This document shows positions 8,472-16,538 of a stretch of DNA of 64,000 nucleotides, one piece after another; position 1 is the first letter of the stretch; each line of letters starts with the position of its first letter. Below the pieces are notes generated by a model that was not told the origin of the DNA, searched no databases, and was given only the letters and a program-made list of their open reading frames with translations. A program made the position numbers and the translations under genes. Source of the stretch: Hyalangium minutum (GTDB lineage: Bacteria > Myxococcota > Myxococcia > Myxococcales > Myxococcaceae); assembly GCF_000737315.1 (NCBI RefSeq), contig NZ_JMCB01000010.1:261942-325941 (forward strand), read 5' to 3'.

Positions 8472-8949
8472 AGCTCAAGCCGCCCCAGCCCGCCAAGAGA
8501 GCCAGGCCTCTGCCGCGCCCCTGCTGGGAAAGCGGCTGGGCTGGGCAGGCGTGTGTCTGCTGGAGATGAAAGGCTTCTGCGCCGGCTCGGCGTGCGGCTC
8601 ATGGGCTCCCCGTCAGCGTCCCTCACCTCCTGTTCTGCTCCCGCCCGCTACGCCCAAGAGGGCTCCTGTCCTTCCTATGCTCCGTCGTGCGGGCGATGCG
8701 AGCCAGCTGATGGAGCCTGGGCAATAGCAGACGGGTATCACCCCTCCAGCGCTTCGAATCGCGATCCACAGGAACCGCGTTTTCGAAGAGGCACGATTTC
8801 GACGAGTGTCTGAAAAGGCCGCAAAACCGCGATGCCAGCAAGTAGCCGGAATTTGGACCCAGCGCTTCAGAGCAACTGAGCCGGCAAAGCGGATTTCGTG
8901 ACGCCCGAACGGATGTCGGCTTTCGAGCGATTGCGGATATCCGGGCTAA

Positions 8950-9848
8950 GAGCCTATTTCGGTAGGGAAGAAAGCGCCCTACCTGATGGGTTAGAGGGTG
9001 AAGGAGGAAGTGTCGAGTGGGAGTATCCAAGAGGGATGACGGTTGAAGGATGCCGGAAGAGCTATGGGCGAAGATAGAGCCTCTGCTGCCGCCCAGGCCC
9101 GCGCATCCGCTGGGGTGCCATAACCCGAGGGTGCCGGACAGGTCGGCCATGGAAGCCATCCTGCTGGTACTGCGCACGGGGATGCAGTGGCAGGCGCTGA
9201 AAGCCACCGGCATCTGCCACCCGTCCTCGGCCTACCGCAGGTTCCGCGAGTGGCTGAGGGCCGGAGTCTTTCACGCGTTCTGGCGCCTGGGGTTGGAGGC
9301 GTACGACGCTCTGGTGGGCATCGACTGGCAGTGGATGAGTGTGGACGGGGCGATGACCAAGGCGCCGCTGGGAGGCGAACAAGTCGGCCCCAACCCCACC
9401 GACCGCGCCAAGACGGGCACCAAGCGGAGCCTGCTGACGGATGGGCGCGGTGTGCCGCTGGGACTGGTGGTGGCAGGCGCCAACGTCAACGACCACAAAT
9501 TGCTGCCTTCCACGTTCGACTCGATGCCGGTCAAGCGTCCCTCTCCTGAGCCACGCTCCGCCCAGCACCTGTGCTTGGATGCCGCCTACGACTGCAACGA
9601 GGTGCGGCGCTGGGGAGACAAGTTCCGCCTGCGCCTGCACATCCGTCCGCGTCGTCCCCCTGCCAAGCCTCCGAAGAAGAGCCGCCGCAAGAAAGCGCGC
9701 CGCTGGGTCGTGGAACGCTCCCACTCGTGGATGAACCGCTTCCGACGGGTCCTCATCCGCTGGGAGAAACGCGAAGACACCTACTTGGCCATGCTCCACT
9801 TGGCCCTGGGCATCATCACTTGGTTCCACTTCCTACTGAGATAGGCAC
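8950..9848 (+). mobile_element. IS5-family insertion sequence (IS1031-like), 899 bp, apparently intact
   Basis: IRL GAGCCTATTTCGGTAG (8950-8965) and IRR (9833-9848) match at 13/16; TAA target duplication at 8947-8949 and 9849-9851; single transposase ORF inside. Confidence 0.92.
9050..9844 (+). CDS. IS5-family DDE transposase
   Basis: W..IEPLLP...DR..MEAILLVLRTGMQW..; DDE residues in SVDGAMTK, CLDAAYD and RWVVERSHSWMNRFRR; stop lies inside the right IR. Confidence 0.95.
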   Translation: MPEELWAKIEPLLPPRPAHPLGCHNPRVPDRSAMEAILLVLRTGMQWQALKATGICHPSSAYRRFREWLRAGVFHAFWRLGLEAYDALVGIDWQWMSVDGAMTKAPLGGEQVGPNPTDRAKTGTKRSLLTDGRGVPLGLVVAGANVNDHKLLPSTFDSMPVKRPSPEPRSAQHLCLDAAYDCNEVRRWGDKFRLRLHIRPRRPPAKPPKKSRRKKARRWVVERSHSWMNRFRRVLIRWEKREDTYLAMLHLALGIITWFHFLLR

Positions 9849-9950
9849 TAAGCCACGGACGGCTTCGAACGCCCGGGTCTTGCTGTCGTGGTCGTTCGGG
9901 CGCATGCTGAAAAGGCGGAAACGCGAGCGCCAGAAAGCAAGGGAAAGCCG

Positions 9951-10475
9951 ATGGCGACATCACTCTACGACCTCAGCGTGCCCACCTTCCTGCAGACCGT
10001 GAGGGCCGTCGCAGGCTTTCTCGACCGTGCGGCCAAGCACTGCGCTGAGACGGGTGTTGATCCCGACGACTTCGTGAACGCGCGCCTTTTCGACGACATG
10101 GCGCCCTTCCACTTTCAAGTCGAAGCCACATGGCACCATTCCGTGTGGGGGGTGGAAGCCCTTAAGACCGGTGTGTTCGCCCCGCCGGCCTTAGTCGGAC
10201 CGGTCCCTTTCGCCGACCTGCAGGCGATGATCGGCAAAGCGGAAGTGGCGCTGGAGGCGTTCACGCCCGACGAGGTCGATCCATGCGCGGGCAAGGACCT
10301 GGACCTTCAGATCGGGCCGCGGAGGCTCGCCTTCACGTCGGAGACGTTCATTCTCTCGTTTTCCCTGCCGAACTTCCATTTCCACGCCGTCACTGCCTAC
10401 GACATCCTCCGCTCGCGCGGTGTACCGCTCGGCAAGCGTGATTACGAAGGCCGGCTGCGCACGAGATCAGCCTAA
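9951..10475 (+). CDS. DUF1993 family (DinB-like fold) protein
   Basis: SLYDLSVPTFLQ..ARLFDDMAPFHFQV..FILSFSLPNFHFHAVTAYDILRSRGVPLGKRDY; start reassigned to MATSLYD. Confidence 0.88.
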   Translation: MATSLYDLSVPTFLQTVRAVAGFLDRAAKHCAETGVDPDDFVNARLFDDMAPFHFQVEATWHHSVWGVEALKTGVFAPPALVGPVPFADLQAMIGKAEVALEAFTPDEVDPCAGKDLDLQIGPRRLAFTSETFILSFSLPNFHFHAVTAYDILRSRGVPLGKRDYEGRLRTRSA

Positions 10476-10488
10476 GCCGGAAATTCGT

Positions 10489-10623
10489 TGTGGAGGCAGG
10501 CGGCGGGTGAAGGCGGTGGTGCGCAACGAGAAGGGCAAGGCGGTGATGGACTTCAAGGGCATCCCCGTGGACCAGTTGGAACTGCTGGCCGAGGCGCTCT
10601 TGGTGAAGCCGCCGGTGTCCTGA
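10489..10623 (+). pseudogene. Orphan 3' gene fragment (weak resemblance to a ParB-type C-terminal domain)
   Basis: GGRRRVKAVVRNEKGKAVMDFKGIPVDQLELLAEALLVKPPVS* has host-like codon usage and no credible start; it is followed by a terminator-like hairpin. Confidence 0.4.
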
Positions 10624-10642
10624 TGCCGCGCCATTGAACCCA

Positions 10643-10684
10643 AGCCCCACGCTCCTGCACTGAGGGACGCGGGGCTGTTTCTTT
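10643..10684 (+). terminator. Probable rho-independent terminator
   Basis: Imperfect stem AGCCCC...GGGGCT followed by GTTTCTTT. Confidence 0.5.
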
Positions 10685-10770
10685 AAGACGGAGCCGCTCC
10701 AAGGTGCTTCCGTCGTGGTCACCCGCATCCCCGTTGGCTATCTTCCGCCGAAACCCTAGGAGTAGAGAAC

Positions 10771-11406
10771 ATGACTCACTTCTTTCGCAGTGCCCTGCTG
10801 TGCTCCCTGTTGGTGGTGATCGGCTGCAAGACCGCGGAGACCGGCACCCAGCCCACGCCTCCTCCGGCGGCACCGTCCGTCACCGAGGCCTGTAACGATC
10901 AGCAGAAGGCCATCTCGCAGGAGGCCGACAAGCTGGCGAGCCCGTACAGCATCGACCAGCACGTCGAGAAGAACTTCCAGGACCGGCAGGTGTCGTGGCT
11001 GATGCCGGACGCGCTCTACCAGAAGTACGTCGTGCAGACGGGGGCGAAGAACTTCGGCCGGTGTAATGACGCGGCCTGCTACCTGTTCGCCGCGCCCACG
11101 AAGGTCATCCAGGATGCGGTGGCCCGGTCCATGGTGGACGGCAAGCATGACCCGGCGGTGATCGGCAGCGCGCTCGGGCTGCCCGCCAAGAACTTCGAGG
11201 GCCCGCTGAAGCTGATGACGCTGAACCTGGCCACCACGAAGACGTGCGCTCGCCTGCCGGTGGATGCGGATCCGGGCGTGTGGAAGTGCACGAGCCCCGA
11301 GGACAAGGACTGCTTCAAGTTCGGTGGCTACACCTCCGGCAACATCCCGGAGATCATGGTCATCAACGCCACGGTCGATCAGGCCACGGTCGCGGACATC
11401 CCGTGA
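10771..11406 (+). CDS. Cys-containing lipoprotein of unknown function, possible toxin-like C-terminal domain
   Basis: RBS GGAG; lipobox LLVVIGC; Pro-rich linker; C-terminal ALGLP...FGGYTSGNIPEIMVI. Confidence 0.8.
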   Translation: MTHFFRSALLCSLLVVIGCKTAETGTQPTPPPAAPSVTEACNDQQKAISQEADKLASPYSIDQHVEKNFQDRQVSWLMPDALYQKYVVQTGAKNFGRCNDAACYLFAAPTKVIQDAVARSMVDGKHDPAVIGSALGLPAKNFEGPLKLMTLNLATTKTCARLPVDADPGVWKCTSPEDKDCFKFGGYTSGNIPEIMVINATVDQATVADIP

Positions 11407-11639
11407 GTGGTGAGGAGGAGCTCTTCCGGAGCGGCGCGTGGATGTACCGGCTGCTGCGGGCTGCCGATGGCACGTTGATCCTCGAGGTCGTGGTGGGCAC
11501 CATCGCCATGTACGAGGTGCGCGTGCGCCTCAACGAGGACGAGGCGGCGGCCTACGCCCGGGAGGGCACCGCCTTCACTGACCGCATGGCGCAGGACATC
11601 ATCGCCAACCCTCGCTTCCATGGGCGTGCGGAACGGTGA
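11403..11639 (+). CDS. Small hypothetical protein (78 aa), translationally coupled to the upstream lipoprotein
   Basis: GTG at 11403 overlaps the upstream TGA (GTGA); sequence VSGEEELFRSGAWMYRLL...LEVVVGTIAMYEVRVRLNEDEAAAY...; no signal peptide. Confidence 0.7.
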   Translation: MSGEEELFRSGAWMYRLLRAADGTLILEVVVGTIAMYEVRVRLNEDEAAAYAREGTAFTDRMAQDIIANPRFHGRAER

Positions 11640-11646
11640 GCTCCGA

Positions 11647-11677
11647 GCCCGGGGGACCGCTCAGCGGCCCCTCGGGC
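11647..11677. repeat. REP-like extragenic palindrome, copy 1
   Basis: GCCCGGGGGACCGCT-C-AGCGGCCCCTCGGGC folds into a 15-bp imperfect stem; related copy at 13231-13263. Confidence 0.6.
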
Positions 11678-11698
11678 GTGCACCGTCAACCGCAGGCG

Positions 11699-11755
11699 AT
11701 GTTCACCACCGGCGCCACGCTGCCTGTCGACGGCGGCTGGGTCTTCCGGTCCTGA
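11699..11755 (+). pseudogene. Tiny 3' remnant of an SDR oxidoreductase
   Basis: Translates to MFTTGATLPVDGGWVFRS*; TG..LPVDGG is the typical classical-SDR C-terminal motif. Confidence 0.5.
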
Positions 11756-11769
11756 TATGAGCAGTGCCC

Positions 11770-12156
11770 ATGCGAATCCTGCACACCATGTTGCGCGTGG
11801 GAGACCTCGATCGCTCTCTCGACTTCTACACCCGGGTGCTCGGCATGAAGCTGCTGCGGCGCAAGGACTACCCCGACGGGAAGTTCACCCTGGCCTTCGT
11901 GGGGTACGGCCCTGAGGAGACCCACCCCGCCCTGGAGCTCACCCACAATTGGGGTACCTCGAAGTACGATCTCGGCAACGCCTACGGCCACGTCGCCCTC
12001 GGCGTGACGGACATCCACGCCACCTGTGAGGCCATCCGCCAGGCCGGTGGCAAGATCGTTCGCGAGCCAGGGCCCATGAAGCATGGCACCACGGTCATCG
12101 CCTTCATCGAGGACCCGGATGGCTACCGGGTGGAGCTCATCGAACAGCGCCCCTGA
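11770..12156 (+). CDS. gloA: Lactoylglutathione lyase (glyoxalase I)
   Basis: [51 protein letters not shown]; closely matches Ni-type GlxI. Confidence 0.96.
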   Translation: MRILHTMLRVGDLDRSLDFYTRVLGMKLLRRKDYPDGKFTLAFVGYGPEETHPALELTHNWGTSKYDLGNAYGHVALGVTDIHATCEAIRQAGGKIVREPGPMKHGTTVIAFIEDPDGYRVELIEQRP

Positions 12157-12273
12157 GTACTCGCAGCCAGGAACCTCCCTGGGCCGATCCGCCACACGTC
12201 AGGTCCCCTCTACCTCCACCTGGCTGGGAGCTTCTGCCCGTGTTACGCCCTGCCTCCCCAGAGGGAGTGACGC

Positions 12274-12393
12274 ATGAAAGCCATCTCAGCCATCTTGGAG
12301 ATGATCAGCGAGGGGGAGTATGGCCTCCTCGCGGTGTTCATCGCCGTCGCAGTCGTGGTGGGGATCGTGAAGGCCGTGGCGTCGAAGCAGTAG
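12274..12393 (+). CDS. Small single-TM membrane protein (39 aa)
   Basis: Strong RBS GAGGGAG; MKAISAILEMISEGEYGLLAVFIAVAVVVGIVKAVASKQ*; below the ORF-track length cutoff. Confidence 0.6.
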   Translation: MKAISAILEMISEGEYGLLAVFIAVAVVVGIVKAVASKQ

Positions 12394-12468
12394 CGAGTCC
12401 TCAGCGCCCCGATGGTAGGCGCCAGAAGAGGATGGGCACCACGAGACTGCCCCATTGAGGCGGGACCT

Positions 12469-13185
12469 ATGCCAGGAAGCCAGAAGCACCAGACGGTGGA
12501 TGCCCGGGAAGCCCTGCGCAAGATGCTGGCCCGAGCCATGGGGCCCGTGGCGCCCCTCGTCTCCGAGGGGGACGATGTCACCTCCCAGAAAGCAAACGAG
12601 GTCATCATCGGGTTCTTCGCCGTGGCCATCGGGGCCCTGGCCGTCGTCATCTACTTCAAGGCGCCGAAGCTCCCCTGGATGGCGGCAATCCCCCTGCTGA
12701 TCGCGGCGTTCCTGGTGTTCAGCATCGTGTCGTATCGCAGGAACATGGGGAGGATCCGCAGCTCCACGGCGGAGACCCTGCTCGGTCACGGGCAGGACAA
12801 CGTGGTCAACGCCATCCAACAGTTCCAGGCGGAGACCACGGTGCCGCTGCGCATCATCATCCGGGACCACATCCCCAACATCTCGATGAACGCGCGCCTG
12901 CTCTTCGCGCAGTGCGAGAAGGAAGGGAAGCTGGACAGCCGCGGGGTGCTCTTCGTCCTGTCCGCGAAGACAGGAGGTTATGCGCTCGTGCTCGGTCAGG
13001 CGTTGGCGCGCAGCACTCCCGACCTCCTTCCTGTCTGGCACCACCTCGTGGCGTTCGGTCAGGGCCGGTACGAGGCGGGACTGATCGACTCCCTGCAGGC
13101 CCTGCGCCCCCAGCTGGCCCAGCTGTTCCCCCGGACCCAGCCGTCTTCACGGCCCGCGGCCGAGGCTCTCGACATCCGGCGCTGA
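12469..13185 (+). CDS. Membrane protein with two TM helices and a TPM-like domain
   Basis: Two hydrophobic helices, then VVNAIQQFQAETTVPLRIII..RGVLFVLS..FGQGRYEAGLIDSLQAL..LAQLFP, a TPM/DUF477-like pattern. Confidence 0.6.
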   Translation: MPGSQKHQTVDAREALRKMLARAMGPVAPLVSEGDDVTSQKANEVIIGFFAVAIGALAVVIYFKAPKLPWMAAIPLLIAAFLVFSIVSYRRNMGRIRSSTAETLLGHGQDNVVNAIQQFQAETTVPLRIIIRDHIPNISMNARLLFAQCEKEGKLDSRGVLFVLSAKTGGYALVLGQALARSTPDLLPVWHHLVAFGQGRYEAGLIDSLQALRPQLAQLFPRTQPSSRPAAEALDIRR

Positions 13186-13230
13186 GCCCGCCCCCTGCGG
13201 ACCACGAAGCCTGGGGGGTGGTTGACGCCG

Positions 13231-13263
13231 CGCCCTGGGGGCCGCTCAGCGGCCCTTGGGGCG
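13231..13263. repeat. REP-like extragenic palindrome, copy 2
   Basis: CGCCCTGGGGGCCGCT-C-AGCGGCCCTTGGGGCG, 16-bp stem with G-T pairs; shares the CCGCTCAGCGGCCC core and downstream GGGCGTGC with copy 1. Confidence 0.6.
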
Positions 13264-13330
13264 TGCCATCTGAAGTGGCTGCGGTGATGACGTGTGTGCG
13301 AGGATCCAGATGATGGGGAACATTGTGAGC

Positions 13331-13867
13331 ATGTCGGGAGTGCGTGGGGCGGCAAAGGGCGCCCTGCTGCTGGCGGTGCTGTTCCACGCGGTAGGCTGCG
13401 CGCGCGTGCCGCTGGCGCGGAGGGGCGAGGACGAGAAAGCCAAGCTCGCCAAGGCCCAGCCGCACACCTCGCTCCTGTACCTCTATCGAGACGAGAGCTT
13501 CGGCGGCGCCATCCTCATGACCATCGAGCTGAATGGCACGCGCGTGGGCGAGACGGCTCCCGACACCTACTTCCTCTTCGAACTGCATCCAGGCGAACAC
13601 GTCATCACCGCCTACAACAAGTTCAATGATCGCTCCACGCTCGTGGTGAACACCCATCCAGGTGCGACCCATTACATCTGGCAGGAGACGAAGTGGGGCG
13701 CGCTCCTGGCCCGGCCCTTCCTGCAAGAGGTAGAGGCCGACAAGGGCGCCGAGGCAATCAAGGAGTGCCAGCTCGTGCGAGCCTTCTATATGCCCGAGGA
13801 TCAGAAGCCCCGCGTTCCCTCGGGCATCATCCAGGCACGAGCCAGGAGCACTGCGGAGCCACGGTAG
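13331..13867 (+). CDS. DUF2846-type lipoprotein
   Basis: Lipobox HAVGC; SLLYLYRDESFGGAI...ELNGTRVGET...YFLFELHPGEHVI...GATHYIWQE. Confidence 0.75.
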   Translation: MSGVRGAAKGALLLAVLFHAVGCARVPLARRGEDEKAKLAKAQPHTSLLYLYRDESFGGAILMTIELNGTRVGETAPDTYFLFELHPGEHVITAYNKFNDRSTLVVNTHPGATHYIWQETKWGALLARPFLQEVEADKGAEAIKECQLVRAFYMPEDQKPRVPSGIIQARARSTAEPR

Positions 13868-14132
13868 AGTGCCCTGAGCGTCGATCCATCGATGGGTGTG
13901 CCCGCGAAGATGGAGTCGTAGCTGAACAAGACTGGTGCGAGAAGCGTTCGATGCTCGCCACCAGACGATGCGCTGCGCCCACCTGAGCCCGGACACACGC
14001 CGAGAGGCGACAAGGATGGCCGGCACCGTGTCCGCTCCTGCGGGTGTAATGTCGGAGGGAGCAGTCTCCAACTCAACCCATCGGAGGTCGAGCTGGCGAG
14101 ATGATTTGTGAGATCGCGACAGTTGCGAAACC

Positions 14133-16538
14133 TCAGTCCTCGACGAACACGGTGAGCGGCTGGCTCACCTCCGCGTGCCGGGACATGGCTGCGGTGATGA
14201 CGTGCCGGCCCGGCGTCACACTCCACCGGTACTCGTGGGGATAGGCCACGGTGGCCACCGGCACTCCATCCACGAGCCACACGATCTGCTCCGTGCTCGG
14301 CGTCACCTCCGCCTCCAAGCGCAGCGTCGAGGAGGAGGCCGGAGTGTCTGGATCGAAGAGCAGCCGCACCGTGCCGCGCGGCTCCCGGATTGCCACCTTG
14401 GGCATCACGGACTCCTCACGGCTCGGGCACAACGGACTCTCCTGCCTGGGCGCGAGGTCCAGGTGCTGGCTCCTCGCCCACCGCGTGTACGTGTCCGGCA
14501 GGTCCAACATCACACGGCTGATGATTTCGGACGCAGGACACGTGGCCCCCGCCCGCAGCCCGTTGCGCCGATCCAGCTTCACCTGTGAGTGGAACGGACA
14601 GCGCTCCGTGGGCGCACTGCCGGGGAAGAACCACTCGCTCTTGCGGTGAGGACAGTCCGTGCTCGCGAGCCGGCCCGACAACGGGCAGACATCCACCGCC
14701 ACCGCTCCATCGGGTGGCGGAAACACATCGAGGATCGGCTGCCAGGGCCGGTGACTCGCCATCACCCTGTCCATGATCCGGTGCGCCGCCACCGCCGCAC
14801 CATTCGCTCCGCCCACGCCCCGCATGCGCCGCCAGTCGTGGTTCCCCACCCACACCGCCACGAGCAACCGATCGCTGAACGCCACCGTCCAGGCATCACG
14901 GTAACCCTGGCTCGTGCCGGTCTTCACCGCCACGGCATAGGGAAAGTCCAAGGGTCCTCCCACCGGGAACATGGGCCGGCGTGCCTGTGGATCCGAGAGC
15001 AGATGCCGGACCAGCTGCGCCGTCTCCCGGTGGAGCAACCGCTTCGGAGCGGCCGAGGGCTCATCCACGAAGCGGCGCAGCGGCAGGCTCTCGCCCTCTC
15101 GCGCCAGGGCGCCGTACAGCCGTGCGAGTTCCTCCAACGTCACGGGCAGGTTCCCCACCGCAAGTCCCAGGCCGTACCGATCCGGCTCCCAACCGATGTC
15201 CTTCACCCCCGCGCTCTCGAAGAAACGCAGCGCGGGCTCCACGCCCACCTCCGAGAGCACCCGGAGCGCGGGGATGTTGCGCGAGTTCGCCAGCGCCTCC
15301 CGCAGGAGCATGGGGCCCATGAAGGTGTGGTTGATGTTCTCCGGCAAATACGCCCCGATAGAGTCACTGCGCACCTCCATCTGCGTGTCCGGGAGCTCGG
15401 AGGCGGCCGTGAATGCTCCCTTCTCCAGTCCGAGCGCATAGATGAACGGCTTGAGCGCCGAGCCCGGTGAGCGCTTCGTCACCACGAAGTCGATGGCGCC
15501 CTTGTGCTCCTCGGAGAAGAAGTCCCGCGAGCCCACCCACGCGAGGATGTCGCCCGTGGCCGTGTCCACCACCAGCGCGGAGGTGTTCCCCGCCCCCGAG
15601 TCCTCGATCCGCCGCAGGTTGTCACGGAGGATCGAGGCCACCTGCTCCTGGATCTCCAGATCGAGCGTCGCCACAGAGATGGGAGCCTGTCGGCGCTTCG
15701 CCTGCGCGCTCCACTCCAGCACGGCGTGCATGGCCTCAGGCTGGCGGCGTGGACGAGACATCAATCCCAGGTCCGCCTGGAGCGCCTGATGAAGTTCCTC
15801 AACCGTCAGGAAACCCTTGTTCCGAAGCTCCCGCAGGATCCGGTGGCTGCGCTTCCGCGCGCGCTTCAGCCCGTCCGGAGTGAAGGGGTTCATGCGCCCC
15901 GGCATCTGCGGCAGCCCGGCAAGGAAGGCCGCCTGGGCCCACGAGAGATCCTCCACTGGCTTGTCGAAGTACAGCCGCGAGGCGCGGGCCACCCCGTGCG
16001 CCCGGTTCCCGTACGGCGCGAACGTCAGGTACTGGCGCAGCACCTGCTCGTGTCCGTGCCCTCGGATGAGCAACAGCGCCTCCAAGGCCTCCGCGGCCTT
16101 CCGCGGCAAGGTGCGGTCTCCCGGAGACTGAATGCGCGCCACCTGCATCGCGAGCGTGGACGCGCCCGAGATGACCCGGCCATTCCTCACATTCTGCAGG
16201 ACCGCGCGCCCCACGGAGGGCAGGTACACGCCGGGGTGCTCGTAGAAGTACTGGTCCTCGGTGACGAGCGTCGCCGCGACCACCCGCTCGGGCATGACGT
16301 AAGGCAGCGGCCAATACCCCAGCTCTCCATCTCCCGCGGGCACCTCGCCGAGGTACCGGCCCCGACGATCGAGGATGAGCCGAGAGGGCTCCACGGAGTG
16401 GAGCGTGTCGTCCAGCGCGCGGACGTACAGCCCCGCGGCACCGGCCAGCAGCATCGTGAGCACCGCCCACGTCCGCTTCGATCGCAGCCGAGGTGTGAGG
16501 CGCCGAAGGAACGCCATCGCTGTGCGCTTAGTGCTCAT
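14133..16538 (-). CDS. pbpC: Penicillin-binding protein 1C (transglycosylase + transpeptidase + C-terminal domain)
   Basis: N-terminal TM; GT51 motifs (TEDQYF, SGASTLAMQVAR, RKAAE); SxxK (GSALKPF), SxN (SRN), KTG (KTGTS); overlaps the A2M gene end. Confidence 0.93.
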   Translation of the reverse strand: MSTKRTAMAFLRRLTPRLRSKRTWAVLTMLLAGAAGLYVRALDDTLHSVEPSRLILDRRGRYLGEVPAGDGELGYWPLPYVMPERVVAATLVTEDQYFYEHPGVYLPSVGRAVLQNVRNGRVISGASTLAMQVARIQSPGDRTLPRKAAEALEALLLIRGHGHEQVLRQYLTFAPYGNRAHGVARASRLYFDKPVEDLSWAQAAFLAGLPQMPGRMNPFTPDGLKRARKRSHRILRELRNKGFLTVEELHQALQADLGLMSRPRRQPEAMHAVLEWSAQAKRRQAPISVATLDLEIQEQVASILRDNLRRIEDSGAGNTSALVVDTATGDILAWVGSRDFFSEEHKGAIDFVVTKRSPGSALKPFIYALGLEKGAFTAASELPDTQMEVRSDSIGAYLPENINHTFMGPMLLREALANSRNIPALRVLSEVGVEPALRFFESAGVKDIGWEPDRYGLGLAVGNLPVTLEELARLYGALAREGESLPLRRFVDEPSAAPKRLLHRETAQLVRHLLSDPQARRPMFPVGGPLDFPYAVAVKTGTSQGYRDAWTVAFSDRLLVAVWVGNHDWRRMRGVGGANGAAVAAHRIMDRVMASHRPWQPILDVFPPPDGAVAVDVCPLSGRLASTDCPHRKSEWFFPGSAPTERCPFHSQVKLDRRNGLRAGATCPASEIISRVMLDLPDTYTRWARSQHLDLAPRQESPLCPSREESVMPKVAIREPRGTVRLLFDPDTPASSSTLRLEAEVTPSTEQIVWLVDGVPVATVAYPHEYRWSVTPGRHVITAAMSRHAEVSQPLTVFVED

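Noticed and set aside
13868-14132. 265-bp gap between convergent genes, examined for ncRNA or small ORF
   Set aside because: No convincing RBS/ORF, terminator or recognisable RNA motif by eye; an Rfam search would be needed.
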